A DNA stretch of 64,000 nucleotides from Mobula hypostoma (lineage: Eukaryota). Position 1 is the first letter of the stretch. Every line of letters starts with the position of its first letter. Of this stretch, positions 1 to 14,515 are shown piece after piece. The translations under genes and the position numbers were made by a program. The notes beneath the pieces were generated by a model, which saw only the letters and a program-made list of their open reading frames with translations, made no database searches and was not told the DNA's origin. Location of the stretch: contig NC_086100.1 in assembly GCF_963921235.1 (NCBI RefSeq), positions 203,424,001-203,488,000 of the forward strand, in the 5' to 3' direction.

Positions 1-3000
1 AGGTCGACATCTTCCCGCTAGAATAGAAATAAATACGGGAGACAGATAGCAGAAACGAGAGCGGGAAAGAGGTGGATTAAGAAGGGAAGGGGTTGGGTGA
101 ATGGATTTAAACAGGAGGTCACAAAGTTTCTTCGGCCCAAATTGTTGGTGCCGACCAAATTGCTTTAATGAGCTAGTTCCATTTGCCCATTATGCCTTTC
201 CACCCTTCTTATCCACATACCAGCCAAGATGTATTTTAAAACATTGTCACTGAACCCACCTCTACAATTTATCAAGGGCCCGTTGTAAACTTGGATAATC
301 CTCTTCACTGTCCAATATATAATGAATTTTACTACCAACTCTGTCACCTACATTATCATCCAAATCATTAATGTGAATGACAAACAACCACAGCCCCAGC
401 ACCGACCTCTGCAGGTCACAGGCCTCCAGTCCTCTGTGTTTAGGAGACATTTGGAAAGACACTTCAATAGGCAAGGCACAGAAGGAGACTGACCTAATGC
501 CGGTCAATGGGATGAATGTAGATGGGTAAATAGGTCAGCACAGAGGTGATGGGTCGAATGGCACATTTCTATGCTGTACGGTGATGGCTCTGTGAACTGA
601 ATGGCTAAGAAACCCCAGACACCCTCCCCTCCCCCCCCGCCATGGTGCCGAGAATTCCAGACAGACAGTGACCCCTGACCCTCGACTCCTCGGAGAGGGG
701 TAACATCCTACCTGTAGACCCCTGAAAAAAATTTGTATTTCCCTGAGATCTCCTCTCATTCTTCTAAACATGGAACAGAGAACATAGAACAGTACAGCAC
801 AGGAACAGACCCTTCATTCAATGTTAACATTCATGTGTAAGTGTGAATGCGAAGCGGGGGATTGTGAAGGTCCGGTACAAAACAGAGTTGATAATGGGAA
901 CCTGTAGGGGAGAGATGAACGGCAGATTGAACCGGACCTATGCTGGGGAGTAGTGGAAAGCCTGTAGGTGAACTGAGTGTATAGACGTAACCAGTAGGTT
1001 GTGGGGACAAAGATGGGAGATGAGGACCCCTTTGTCCCCTTTCCCACAAATCCATCGCCCACAGCCCCTGGCCTGCTGACTTCCTCCAACATTTTGTGTG
1101 TGTTGCTCCGCTTTAAATACACTCAATTAGTTGCCTCCACACATGCCTGTGGCAGATTCACTATCCTGTGGCTAGAAGAATTCCTCCTCATCTCTGTTCT
1201 AAATCGACACCCTCTAGTCGGAGGCTATGCCATCTGGTCCTAGACTCACCCACTATAGGAAACATCCTCCCAAAATCAGCTCTCTCCAGATAATTTCAGG
1301 GAGATCAGACAAGACCCTTCATCAGGACCTGTTGCTTGGATTACCAGCATCTGCAGATCTTCTCGTTTGATTTTTAAAGCAGGAGTTGATCGGTAAACTT
1401 CTGATTATCCAGGATGTCAAACGTTATGAGGAGGAGGCGGGAGAATAGGGTTGAGAGGGATAATAAATCAGCCATTCTTCTAAACTCCCATGAGTACAGG
1501 CCCAGAACCATCAAACACGCCTCATATGTTAACTCTTTCATTCCCAGAATCATTCCTGAGAATTTCCTGGACTCTCCAATGCCAGCACATCTTTTCCGAT
1601 ATAAGGGACACACAACACTCCAAGTGTGGTCTGACTAATGCCTTATAAAACCTCAGGATTGCATCCTTGCTCTTGTATTCTAATCCCCTCGAAATGAAAG
1701 CAAACATTGAGTTTGCCTATCTTATCACTGACACAAACTGCAAGTTAACCCTTGGGGAATCCTGCACAAGGACACCCAAGTCCCTTTCCACCTCTGATTT
1801 TTGAATTTTCTCCCTGTTTACAAAAATCGTCTATGCCTTTATTCCTTCTACCAAACTGCATGCATGACTCCCCTACTTGATAATCCATCTACCAGTTATT
1901 TGCCCATTTCCTAATCTGTCTGTGTCCTTCCCTGGATTCCGAGCTTCTGCTGCACTACATGCCCCTTCAGCTATCTTCCTATCCTCTGCAAGCTTGACCA
2001 CAGAGGCAACAATTCTGTCATCCAAATCATTCTTTGTCTATGTTGGCTTTTTGTTCCTCGAAGAATTCCAACAGATTTGTCAGGCAGGATTTCCCCTCAG
2101 GGAAGGCATGCTGTCTTTGCCCTATTTCATCATGTGCCTCCATGTACCCAAAAGCTCATCCTTAATACTAGATTCCAACATATTCCCAAACTAACACATC
2201 TATAATTTTCTTTCCCCAGCTGCTCTCCCTTCTTAAAGAATAAAGTGACCTTTGCAATTTCCAGTTGTACTGAATGACCAAATATTCCAGTGATTCTTAG
2301 TAGAGCATTACTAATGCTCCCATGTTCTCTTCAAATAACTCTTTCTGAACACTCTTTCCTACGTCACCTCTCTAAGGATTTGTCTTCCTTTTTACCAGCA
2401 GAGCCTCCCTAGCCTCTCTGCCTACCTGCCTGTCCTTTGAACACAAGGTGTATCCTTGAATGTTAAGCTTCAAGCCAGGTTCTCCTTTCAGCCACAACTC
2501 TGTGAGGCCAACAAAGCTGTAGCCACCAATCTCTACCTGTGCTACAACATCATCTACCTTATTCCGTGTACTGGTGCAGTCAAATATAACACCTTCAGTC
2601 CTGTATTCATCACCCTATTCAACACTGTGCACATGAACTTAAGCAAGGTCTCCGATTTTGATGATAGACCACACCGGGGGTACTGTGTGCTTTTCCGGTT
2701 CACTGAATACAGGGAGGATGTCATTACACTGGACAAGAAGCTTCAGGAGGATGTTACCAGGACTGGGGGCTTGGGTTAAAAGCAGAGAGTGGATAAGCTT
2801 GGACTATTTAGCTGTAGTGTAGGATGTTGAGGAATGACCCCTTATCAAGGTAAATACAGTCATAAGGGGCTTAGATAAGTCTTTTTTTCCCGAGAAATGG
2901 GAGTACAGAACCAGAGGGCTGAGATTGAAAGTGAGAGGGGAAATTTTTATTAGCGATCTACGGGGTAACCTTCTCACAGCGAAGGAGATGGGCAGGTGGA

Positions 3001-3384
3001 ATTTGCTGGCAGATGCTGTAAAAGCAGGTAAAATTTAAATATTTTAAAATAAATTTAGGCAGGTACATAGATAAGAAATGGTTAGACGGATATGGGGCAA
3101 ACACGCACATGAACAGGACATGCTCAAGAAAACACCTTCGTCTTGCAGATGGATGAAGTGGGCTGTGGGTTCAACATCTGCCAAAACCTCCCAGATCATC
3201 CCCCGAGGAACCTCACCCTGGAGTCACTCTGTGACCTGTTGATGTGACGTCACTTCAGAGGGCATCTCAATGCCACAGAACAAACAGACTGGGTAAGAAC
3301 GGCAGATTTCATTCCTAAATGGGAATTTGTGTCTCTCTATTTTACCATGTGTCACACACTGATAGTATGTCTGGGTATGTGTTA

Positions 3385-3387
<3 letters not shown>

Positions 3388-3423
<36 letters not shown>
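3388..3423. repeat. (GT)n microsatellite
   Basis: Uninterrupted GT run. Confidence 0.95.
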
Positions 3424-3424
<1 letters not shown>

Positions 3425-3794
3425 GATGGTGGTAAATATCAGTGTGTGTGTGTGCATATTGAAGGAGACTGTGCACATTGATGTATTTGTATGTTACAGT
3501 GTGTCTTCACATGTCCTGTGTGCTGACAAAGTGTGATATGTGAGTGAGTTATTTAAATAAATAAATTACCGTGTCTGACGAGAATGGTTTCCAGGTTACT
3601 GAGGGAAATAACAGCGTACATTGCTGAGGCTAGGACTACAATCTGCCAATCCTTGTGTGTGTGGGGGGGAGTTCTGCCAGGCCGGTTATGCTGAGTGTGC
3701 TTCTCCTGAGATGAAATCCTGACCGATGTCGATGTTGGCTGGGTTGTCCGGGCTCATTCTCACACTGCCTCAATGCAGGGGTTCTGATAACCAT

Positions 3795-6700
3795 GAGACC
3801 ATAGAACATAGGAACAGAATTAGGCCATTTGGCTCATCAAGTCTGCTCCACCATTCAATCATGGCTGATCCTTTTTCCCCTCCTCAGCCTCACCCCCCCC
3901 CCGGCTTTCTCCCCGTAAGCTTTGACACTGTGTTCAATCCGGGACCTATCAAGCTCTGCCTTAAATACACCCAACCACACCCTCCACAGCTGCATGGGGT
4001 AACAAGTTCCACAAATTCACCACCCTCTTGCTCAAGAAATTTCTCTGCATCCCTGTTTTAAATCGACGCCTCTCTATCGTGAGGCTGTGCCTGTTGTTCT
4101 TCACTCTCCCACCATGGGAAACATGCTTTACTCATCTACTCGAAAGGATTCAATGACGTCCGCCCTCATCTTTCTAAATTCCGGGAGTACAGACACAGAG
4201 CTATCAAACGTTCCCGGAATCATCTTTGTGAACCAAACCCTCTGCAATGCCAACACATCTTTTCTTAGATGAGAAGCCCAAAACTGTTCACAATACTCAA
4301 GGTGACACCTCACCAGTGCCTTATAAAGCCTCAGCATCACATCCCTGCTCTTGAATAGAATGCGATTCTAAACCTCTTGATTTGAATGCTAACATTGCAT
4401 TTGCCTTCCTCACCACTGACTCTACCTGCAAGCTAACCTTTAGGGTGTTCTGCAGAAGGACCTAAGTCTATTTTCATCTCAGCTTTTCTGATTTTACATA
4501 GAAACATAGAAAATAGGTGCAGGAGTAGGCCATTCGGCCCTTCGAGCCTGCACCGCCATTTATTATGATCATGGCTGATCATCCAACTCAGAACCCCGCC
4601 CCAGCCTTCCCTCCATACCCCCTGACCCCCATAGCCACAAGGGCCATATCTAACTCCCTCTTAAATATAGCCAATGAACTGGCCTCAACAGTTTCCTGTG
4701 GCAGAGAATTCCACAGATTCACCACTCTCTGTGTGAAGAAGTTTTTCCTAATCTCGGTCCTAAAAGGCTTCCCCTCTATCCTCAAACTGTGACCCCTTGT
4801 TCTGGACTTCCCCAACATCGGGAACAATCTTCCTGCATCTAGCCTGTCCAATCCCTTTAGGATCTTATACGTTTCAATCAGATCCCCCCTCAATCTTCTA
4901 AATTCCAACGAGTACAAGCCCAATTCATCCAGTCTTTCTTCATATGAAAGTCCTGCCATCCCAGGAATCAATCTGGTGAACCTTCTTTGTACTCCCTCTA
5001 TGGCAAAGATGTCTTTCCTCAGATTAGGGGACCAAAACTGCACACAATACTCCAGGTGTGGTCTCACCAAGGCCTTGTACAACTGCAGTAGTACCTCCCT
5101 GCTCCTGTACTCGAATCCTCTCACTATAAATGCCAGCATACCATTCGCCTTTTTCACCGCCTGCTGTACCTGCATGCCCACTTTCAATGACTGGTGTATA
5201 ATGAAACCCAGGTCTCGTTGCACCTCCCCTTTTCCTAATCGGCCACCATTCAGATAATAATCTGTTTTCCTATTTTTGCCACCAAAATGGATAACTTCAC
5301 ATTTATCCACATTAAATTGCATCTGCCATGAATTTGCCCACTCACCCAACCTATCCAAATCACCCTGCATCCTCTTAGCATCCTCCTCACAGCTAACACT
5401 GCCACCCAGCTTCGTGTCATCCGCAAACTTGGAGATGCTGCATTTAATTCCCTCATCCAAGTCATTAATATATATTGTAAACAACTAGGGTCCCAGCACT
5501 GAGCCTTGCGGTACCCCACTAGTCACCGCCTGCCATTCTGAAAAGGTCCCGTTTATTCCCACTCTTTGCTTCCTGTCTGCTAACCAATTCTCCACCCACA
5601 CCAATACCTTACCCCCAATACCGTGTGCTTTAAGTTTGCACACTAATCTCCTGTGTGGGACCTTGTCAAAAGCCTTTTGAAAATCCAAATATACCACATC
5701 CACTGGTTCTCCCCTATCCACTCTACTAGTTACATCCTCAAAAAATTCTATGAGATTCGTCAGACATGATTTTCCTTTCACAAATCCATGCTGACTTCTC
5801 TCTATTTAAGAAAAATAGTCTACACATTATTTCTACTGATTATGAATTTTCCAGCATTGTAGATCATTTGCCACTTTCTTGCCCATTGTCCTCATCCAAG
5901 TCCTTCTGCAGCCTACCTGTTTCATCAGCACCACCTGCCCCTCCACCAATCTTCGACTCATCTGCTAACCTGGCAACAAAGCCATCTATTCCATCAGCTA
6001 ATCTTGATATACAGCATAAAATGAAGGTGTCTTATCACTGACCCCTGTGGAAGACTAGTCACTGGCAGCCCACCAGAAAATGATCCCTTTACTCTTATTC
6101 ACTGTTTCCTGCTAATCAGCCAATGGTCTAACTATACCAATAACTTTTCTGTAATACCATGGGCTCTTAACTTGGTAAGCAGCTTCATGTGTGGCACATT
6201 GTCAAAGGCCTTCTGATATTCCAAATATACAACAGCACTGCATCCCCTTTATCTATCCTGCTTCTAATCTCCTGAAAGACTTCCAACAGGTTTGTCAGGC
6301 AAGATATTCCCTTAAGGAAGCCATGTTGACTTGTCCTATCTTGTCGAGTGTCACCAAGTATTCCATAACCTCATATTTAACAATTGACACTAACTTCTTC
6401 CCTACCACAGAGGTGAGGGTAACTGGTCTATAATTTCCTTTCTGCTGCCTTCCTCCTAACTTAAAGTGTTGAGTGACATTTGCAATTTTCCAGTCCTCTA
6501 GCACCATACCAGAGTCCAATGATTTTAGAAAGATCATTGCTCATGCCTCCACAGTATCTTCTGCTACCTCTTTTGGAACACTAGTGTGCAGTTCACCTGC
6601 GCCGGGTGACTTATGTACCCTACAGTCTTTCAGCTTTTTGAACACCTTCGACCCTGTAATAGTACTTCACTCATTTCTCTTCCCTCTCACCCTTCAACAT

Positions 6701-8560
6701 CTGCCACAGTGCTAGTGCCTTCCACAGTCAACACTGATGCAAAATACTCATTCAGTTCATCCGCCTCCTCTTCGTCCCTGTTATTATATATCCGGCCGCA
6801 TTTTCTAGCGATCCTATCTCCACTCTCATCTCTATTTAATATTTTTCTTTTTTCACATATTTGAAAAAAAACTTTTCCTAGCTTGCTTTCATATTTCATT
6901 TTACCCCTCCTAACGATTCTTTAGTTGCTCTCTGTAGGTATTTAAAAGCTTCCCAATCCCCTGTCTTCCTAGTATTTTTTCATTTGTTATATGCCCTCTG
7001 TTTCCTTTTACATCAGCTTGACTTCCCTTGCCTGCCACAGTTGTGCAATTTTGTCATTTGAGTATTTCTTTATTGTTGGAATAGATCTATCCTGCAACAC
7101 CGTAATTTTGACAGAATTTCACACCATTTCTGCTCTGCAGTCATCCTTACCAGTATCTCCCTGCAATTTAATTTGGCAGACTCCTTTCTCATACAATTGA
7201 ATTACACTGAAATACTACAAAGTCAGACCTTATTTTCTCCTTATCAAATTTGAAGTTGAACACAGTCATTTTATGGCAATTGCCTCCGAAGGGTTCTTTT
7301 ACCTTAAGTTCTCAAATCACCTCCGGTTCAGTATATAACACCCAATCCAGTCTAGGTGATTTCCTACTAGACAAAACGACAAACTGCTCGAAACTCCATC
7401 ATGTAACATTCAACAAATGCACTCTCTTGAGATTCATCACCAAATTACTTTTCCCAATTTGCCCTGCATGTTGAAATCTCACTTGACTGTCATAACATTG
7501 TCTTTTTGATCGTCCTTGTCTATGTCCAATTGTAATCTGTGGCCCACTTTCCAGCGAGTGTTGGGATGGCTGCATATAATTGCATTCAGGGTCCTTTTAC
7601 CTTTGTTGTTTCTTCACTCAACCCACAAGGATGCAACACCTTCCTATCCTATGTCACATCTTTCTACTGATTTACCAGCAGAGCCACGACACCCCCTCTG
7701 CCTACCTTCCTATACCACCGATACATTGTGTAACCTTGGACATTCAGTTCACAACGACAATCATCTTTCATCCACAACTTAGTGATGGCCACAACATCAT
7801 ACCCGTCAATCTGTAATAGTGCAACAACATTATCCTCCTTATTTCTTATACTCCGTGCACTGAGATATAAAACTTTGAGTATGGTATTTGCTACCCTTTT
7901 TGATTCTGCATTCCTAATGCACTGATACTCACCCTCCTGGCTGCAATTTTGTCCTCGCATCTGTCCGCCCTTTCTGACCATCTGACTGCATGCTTCCTTT
8001 GCTTTTTTACCATCAGTCCTACTAAGGGTCCCTTCACTCTAGTTCCCACCCCCTGCCAAATTAGTTTAAACCCTCCCCAACAGCTTTAACAAGCCTCTTC
8101 GCAGGAATATTGGATCCCCTACAGTGCAGGTACAAACCGTTATGCTTGAACAAGTCATCCCTGTCCCAGAAGAGATCCCAATGATCCAAGAACCTGAAGC
8201 CCTGCCACTTGCACCAGCTTGTCAGTCACGCATTAATGTGCCAAATTATCCTGTTTCTACCCTCGCCAGCACGCGGCACAGGCAGCAATGCAGAAATTAC
8301 AACTCTGGAGTTACTGCCTCTCAGCTTTCTACCAAGCTCTCTAAATTCTATTTTCAGGACCTGTTTGTTTTTACTTTCTACGCCATTGGTATCAATATGT
8401 ACCAAGATATCTGGCTGTTTTCCCATCGCCTCTAAAATGCAGCGGACGCGATCTGAACTGTCCCGACGCTGGAACCTAGGAGGCAACATTGTGCTGCACC
8501 GTTCAAGGCCATAGATTCTGCTGTCTGTTCCCCTAACGATTGAGTCCCCTGTCACCACTT
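3795..8560 (-). mobile_element. Older CR1 with SGNH-esterase ORF1, interrupted by the younger CR1
   Basis: GDSIVRG esterase motif (ORF 8226-8615), APE start LYLSARSIRNK (7664-7981), RT remnants 5800-6900, 3' end 3795-4495. Confidence 0.85.
4496..5795 (-). mobile_element. Young 5'-truncated CR1 LINE
   Basis: RT motifs [31 protein letters not shown]; 3' UTR ends in a ctatgttt-type repeat; near-identical to 57.9-59.2 kb and 63-64 kb. Confidence 0.95.
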
Positions 8561-8965
8561 CTCCCTCTAACAGCAGTGAGAGTTGCGGATCGAGAAGGGG
8601 GAAGACCTGTGTCAATCAGAGTCTGCACACACAGGCGCACGAAGGACTTGCGTATTTTTCCGACAATCCCGGTCACCACACCGATACCAGCTTTTATTCC
8701 CTACAAAATCATCAAGTCAGTATTAATTTCCCAGCTCCTGTGGTAGTTGCATCTAACACTCCCGTGTATTGGTTGCATTGTGACTCTGTGCTGGTGTGTT
8801 CAGGGGTCTGACATCTCCAGCTGACCATGTGACAGTGATGCCTCCCAGTTGGTGGGGTTGATATGGAATAAATTTCAGTTCCCCTTCAGTCCAGTATTAC
8901 AGGCAATCTTTGCTTCAAATAACAATCTAATTCAACAAAGAGAAATTAACCTTTGTCAGTTTTAC

Positions 8966-9084
8966 CTCGATTAATGACATCAGTTGTTTCTCTCAGGACT
9001 GTGTTCAACAAATAGGGGTGATCGAATTTTTCAACCTGTAGGGCCACATCTGTCACAGTCAATTCCTGGACATAGTCATTAATC
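8966..9084 (-). CDS. TRIM exon 5 (linker)
   Basis: atttacag|GATTAAT...AATCGAG|gtaaaa; 119 nt, stays open in the phase set by exon 4: RINDYVQELTVTDVALQVEKFDHPYLLNTVLRETTDVINR; ends in phase 1. Confidence 0.88.
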
Positions 9085-9171
9085 CTGTAAATATTAAACT
9101 GCTCGTTATAAACTGCAATTTTGAACTATTTTACAAATCCATACAGGGTTTGGCTAAAGAGCATGTCCTAC

Positions 9172-9194
9172 CTCCTGGTCCAATGAGCTTCCTC
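9172..9194 (-). CDS. TRIM exon 4 (23-nt micro-exon)
   Basis: tatttcag|GAGGAAGCTCATTGGACCAGGAG|gtagga; 23 nt, the characteristic small exon of class IV-like TRIM genes; phase matches exon 3. Confidence 0.88.
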
Positions 9195-10310
9195 CTGAAA
9201 TAAATAAAACACAAATCTGATTAGACTTGGACTTACTGTCCACATCCTGAATTTCATCCAAATCGTCACAGGTGTTGAAAATTCCCACCCCCACAGTCAC
9301 TCTCACACACACAGCAATAGAAAACCACAGGGAAATTTATAAGGAAAGTTTCTGAAGGTTGGATCTTTACTGAGAGGATGAAACTTACAGGAAGGACAGG
9401 ACAAGTTGTGCATTTTTATTTGCATACCACATAAGGGTGATAATATGAAGGAATTTAAGATCAGTAATGGATTTGATTGTGTGCAGGTGGAGAAAGTATC
9501 TCTAATTATGGGGAGAATTGTGGGGAGATGAAGTTCCAGATGGATTTTAATAAATCCCATAAGACGTTTAGTAAAAAGAATGTTGAACTCACTGCCATGG
9601 GAGTGTTTGAAATGGAACGGCGCAGATTGAATGCAATGGGGAAACTGGATAAACACATGAGGAACCATGGAGTTCGGGGCACTCTTGCTGGGTATGCTGA
9701 GGAGGTGGAAGGACGCTTGTGAAGCACCAAAAATTATACGAGAAGGTGAATCAAATAGTCTCATTATGATGGAGAAAGGGATAAAATCCAATATGAAACT
9801 CAACTGAAAAGGCAAAGAGACAGTGAAAGTTTCCTTAATCTGATGGAAACGGGATATAGAGGAGAAGTCTTACATGTGGGTCGCATTCTTTGTTCTCACA
9901 GATTGACAGAGAGACTCTCATATCCAACGCACCAGACACACTCCCAGCCTATGAATAGAAACCGGGTGTTAATGTGAGTTTTAGAAGATATTTAATGTGG
10001 TAATGAGGGATACAGTCAGCAGATCTATGTTATGATTAGAGAAAAAATCATCACAGAGAAGATTGCATTCTGTCCCGGGATGTACAGAAGTTGTGGAAAT
10101 CCAGTACTGGGAAAACAAAAGCCCTGAATAGTTGGATCAATTGTCTGGTGAGAAACAGTTTCCCACCATTTGTGAATGTTGTGTCTGTTGCCCTTAAGGC
10201 ATTTATTTGACTTTGTTGGGTCTACGCTTTAACTTATTTGTTTGTAACTATTTTCTGGTTAAAGTTAAAGGTTGATAATTATCCTACAGCCTAACAAAGG
10301 TAAATTCATT

Positions 10311-11802
10311 GTCCCCAGGCTGCTCCATGAGGCGAGGGAAGAGACTGCTGAGCCTCTAGCTAGGATCTTCATGTCCTCGTTGTCCACGAGAATGGTACCG
10401 GAGGATTGGAGGGAGGCAAATGTTGTCCCCTTGTTCTAAAAGATAGTAGGGATAGTCCGAGTAATTATAGACCAGTGAGCCTTACGTCTGTGGTGGGAAA
10501 GCTGTTGGAAAAGATTCTCAGAGATAGGATCTATAGGCATTTAGAGAATTATGGTCTGATCAGGGACAGTCAGCATGGCTTTGTGAAGGGCAGATTGTGT
10601 CTAACAAGCCTGATAGAGTTCTTTGAGGAGGTGACCAGGCATATAGATGAGGGTAGTGCAGTGGATGTGATCTATATGGATTTTAGTAAGGCATTTGACA
10701 AGGATCCACATGGTAGGCTTATTCAGAAAGTTAGAAGGCATGGGATCCAGGGAAGTTTGGCCAGGTGGATTCAGAATTGGCTTGCCTGCAGAAGGCAGAG
10801 GGTCGTGGTGGAGGGAGTACATTCAGACTGGAGGATTGTGACTAGTGGTGTCCCACAAAGATCTGTTCTGGGACCTCTACATTTCATGATTTTATTAACG
10901 ACCTGGATGTGGGGATAGAAGGGTGGGTTGGCAAGTTTGCAGACGACACAAAGGTTGGTGGTGTTGTAGATAGTGTAGAGGATTGTCGAAGATTGCAGAG
11001 ACACATTGATAGGATGCAGAAGTGGGCTGAGAAGTGGCAGATGGAGTTCAACACGAAGAAGTGTGAGCTGGAACACTTTGGAAGGACAAACTCCAAGGCA
11101 GAGTACAAAGTAAATGGCAGGATACTTGGCAGTGTGGAGGAGCAGAGGGATCTGGGAGTACATGTCCACAGATCCCTGAAAATTGCCTTAGGTAGATAGG
11201 GTACTGAAGAAGGCTTATGGGGTGTTAGCTTTCATAAGTCGAGGGATGATGCAGCTCTGTAAAACTCTGGTTAGGCCACACTTGGAGTACTGTGTCCAGT
11301 TCTGGTCACCTCACTATAGGAAGGATGTGGAAGCATTGGAAAGGGTACAGAGGAGATTTACCAGGATGCTGCCTGGTTTAGAAAGTATGGATTATGATCA
11401 GAGATTAAGGGAGCTAGGGCTTTATTCTTTGGAGAGAAGGAGGATGAGGGGAGACATGATAGAGGTGTACAAGATAATAAGAGGATTGGATAGAGTGGAT
11501 AGCCAGCGCCTCTTCCCCAGGGCACCACTGCTCAATACAAGAGGACATGGCTTTAAGGTAAGGGGTGGTAAGTTCAAGGGGGATATTAGAGGAAGGTTTT
11601 TAACTCAGAGAGTGGTTGGTGCGTGGAATGCACTGCCTGAGTCAGTGGTGAAGGCAGATACACTAGTGAAGTTTAAGAGACTACTGGAGAGGTGTACGGA
11701 GGGATTTAAGGTGGGGGGTTATATGGGAGGCAGGGTTTGAGGGTCGGCACAACATTGTGGGCCGAAGGGCCTGTACTGTACTGTACTATTCTATGTTCTA
11801 TG
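10311..11802 (+). mobile_element. 5'-truncated CR1 in TRIM intron 3
   Basis: NYRPVSLTSVVGK, YMDFSKAFDK, KFADDTK, RPHLEYCVQFWSP; ctatgtt tail. Confidence 0.93.
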
Positions 11803-12763
11803 GTATATCACGGATGTGATGACGTCACCTCTGGTTTCACTGCCTCTTATATGTAACTTCTGGTTCAGGGAAGGTGTGAAGGTGAGTGCATGCGTGCAGC
11901 ATGACCGTGAGGAGCTCCATTTCTACCCACAAAGAAACATTATGGAAGCAACGCCGTAACTTCATAAGAAGGTATTTGAGGTAAAAATATTAACGCGGTT
12001 TCTGTTAAGGGAAGCGGCGCGCGTGTCGGCTTTTCAATTTCAGGCGCGGGGTGGGCTCGGGCCCGGCGGTGGTTTGACGTGACCCTCCTCGCTCGCTACT
12101 CGGGGCGGCTGGAGACACTCACTAAAAGAAGAGAGCGCGCGTGGGCTCCAGAATGAAACAGACGCTGTATATGTTTGTATTTTTTTATCAAGAGTTTTCA
12201 CCATACGATGTTAATGTGGAAGAGTGAACAGTAAATGGTTAACCTTACTACGACTCTGTCTTCATTGGCTCCGGTTTAACTTGGTGTTTAGTCAGAGTTT
12301 CAACACACTGCACGAGAACACGACATTGTGCGTAGGATGAACGCATCTGTTTTCTGTCTGCATTGTCTTCTGTGTTCCGTGTTTATTGTGGTAACTAGTT
12401 ACGTGAGTGGGGGCGAGTTTTAAACAAAGGCAATAAGTTATCTATTCGTAATTTGTTCTGGACTATTTTGAGCTGCTACTGACCAGTGTCATATCTTTTG
12501 TTGAGAGCTTCATTGCAGCTTAATTTACGATTAAATGAGCTGAAGTTTCATTGCTTCGAGATTGTATGTTGTGAACACATATCTCTGATATTTTAGAACG
12601 CATTAGAGTTACTGGAGAGCACGTCATACAATTCTAACAATCTGCGCATCGCCAACAGCAACAATTGATTTATTAGAATTGGCCGGTGTGCGTGTTTATT
12701 TCAAATATACCATTGTTCATTTTGTGCCCTTTGACAGAAACAAATTGAAATATAATCCCTCAC

Positions 12764-12997
12764 CTTGAGAAACATCACACTGTCTTTTTGATCCATCTGT
12801 TCCTTCAACTTTGAGATTTCGTCCTGAATAAACCTTATATTCTCTTGAATCTCTCGAAGATTGTTCTCCATTTGATTTAGAATCTTCTCCTCTTCCTTTC
12901 TGAGATCCCTGAGTAAGCTCTGCTCTTTCTCAGTGAGAATCTGACGCAGTTTGGCAAACTGGGATGTGATATGGGACTGAAGGTTGAGTGACTGTTC
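12764..12997 (-). CDS. TRIM exon 3 (coiled coil)
   Basis: cgacag|GAACAG...CTCAAG|gtgagg; 234 nt open; EQSLNLQSHITSQFAKLRQILTEKEQSLLRDLRKEEEKILNQMENNLREIQ...DSVMFLK. Confidence 0.92.
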
Positions 12998-14084
12998 CTG
13001 TCGAATTATAGGTGAAGATTAATTTACTGTAGTGCTGTGTTGTATTTCGTTATGACATTAAGTTGACCATTCTGTCCATTAGCGTCCATGCTAGTCCTCA
13101 GAGCATTCACGTCAACGCCATTCCTTCACATATATTTAAGGTGACCATTCGGTCCATTAAAGTCCATGCTACTTCTGGATAGAAACACAAGCTGATATCC
13201 CTCTAACTCAGAGAGTGGGGAGCACGAGAAGGCGATGGTGGCAGAGAGAGAAGGGGACGGAGGGGAAGAGAGAGTTAATGTGGTTTTGTGCTGTTAAAGC
13301 TTTTTTTTTGACTTTGACGATAGCCTGTATTTATCCAATTCAGTTGCAAGTCTGCAGAACTAATATTTATTGTACTGACCACAACCCCTCAGTCGAGAGA
13401 TATTACAGCGGTACAGATGAGATAAATGTGGACGGGTGGGAAAGAACGTTCTGAACTAACTCCTCTGTTCTGATAAGGAACACACACACTTGTCTACTAC
13501 TGGATCCCAATACAAGCTGATTTTCCTCAAACTCAGAGTTCCACAAATGTGAACTCTCAGTGGTCTCACAGTAAAATAAATTATTTTCCACGATGACTAT
13601 AAGGAGAGATTGAGTCGCCTGGGCCTGTCCTCGCTGGAATTCAGAAGAATGAGACGAGATCTTATCGAAACATAGAAAAATATGAAAGGGATAGATAAGA
13701 CTGAGGCAGTAAAGTATTTCGCTATGACAATAAGTTGACCATTCGATCCATTAGAGTCCATACTAGTTCTGAGACTTTCCCATCAACCCCATTCCCTCAC
13801 ATTTTCCTGAAACCTATTCTCGCTCATTGACCCATTAACTGCCACCTGATTCACATACACCCTCCCCCACATTCGCAGGATTAATTATAATTAACTATTC
13901 ATCCACCATATCCTTGGGATGTGTCTGAAACTGTCGGGGTCACAGGGAGAACCTGCAGACTCCACAGATAGCAGCAGAGGTCAAAATCTAACCCAGGTCA
14001 CTGTATCTGCGATACTCTGCTATTCTGCATTAATGGGAGCAAAACTATACAGTAATATCAGAAATTCCGCTCAGGAAGCCTCAC

Positions 14085-14180
14085 CCGAACTCTGGAAATC
14101 TTCTCTTCCTGTTGCTGCACCTTTTCTTTGAATTCCGATTTCTTTTTTGTGAGAGAGTCTAAGGAAGATTTTAGCTGATC
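14085..14180 (-). CDS. TRIM exon 2 (coiled coil)
   Basis: ttccag|GATCAG...GTTCGG|gtgagg; 96 nt, the typical size of TRIM coding exon 2; DQLKSSLDSLTKKKSEFKEKVQQQEEKISRVR. Confidence 0.92.
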
Positions 14181-14515
14181 CTGGAAGTCAGAGAGGGAAA
14201 GAAATAGAAAAAAAAGTTCAAAATAAACAAGCGATCAAACCCGATTATCGCGCACAAAATGCTGGAGGAAGTCGTTAAGTCTGGAAGCATCTGTGCAAGG
14301 GAAATAAACAGTCGACGTTTCGGGATGAGACACTTCATTTGGACTGGAAATGAATGGGGCAGAAGCCAGAATAAAAAGGTTGGGGATGGGAACCAGCTGG
14401 CAGGTGACGGGTGAGACAACGTGAGGGGAACGTGGGGGAGGGTGATGAAGTAAGAGGCTGAGAGGGGACGGGTGGAAGTGGTAAAGAGCTGGAGAAGAAA
14501 GAATCTAAGACGAGA

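Noticed and set aside
712..721. 10-nt minus-strand micro-exon (ttttcag|GGGTCTACAG|gtagga)
   Set aside because: Abuts a CR1 fragment, has no supporting context, and is easily a chance match.
9303..9815. 170-aa minus-strand ORF in TRIM intron 3
   Set aside because: No recognisable motif; low-information AT-rich and decayed-repeat sequence.
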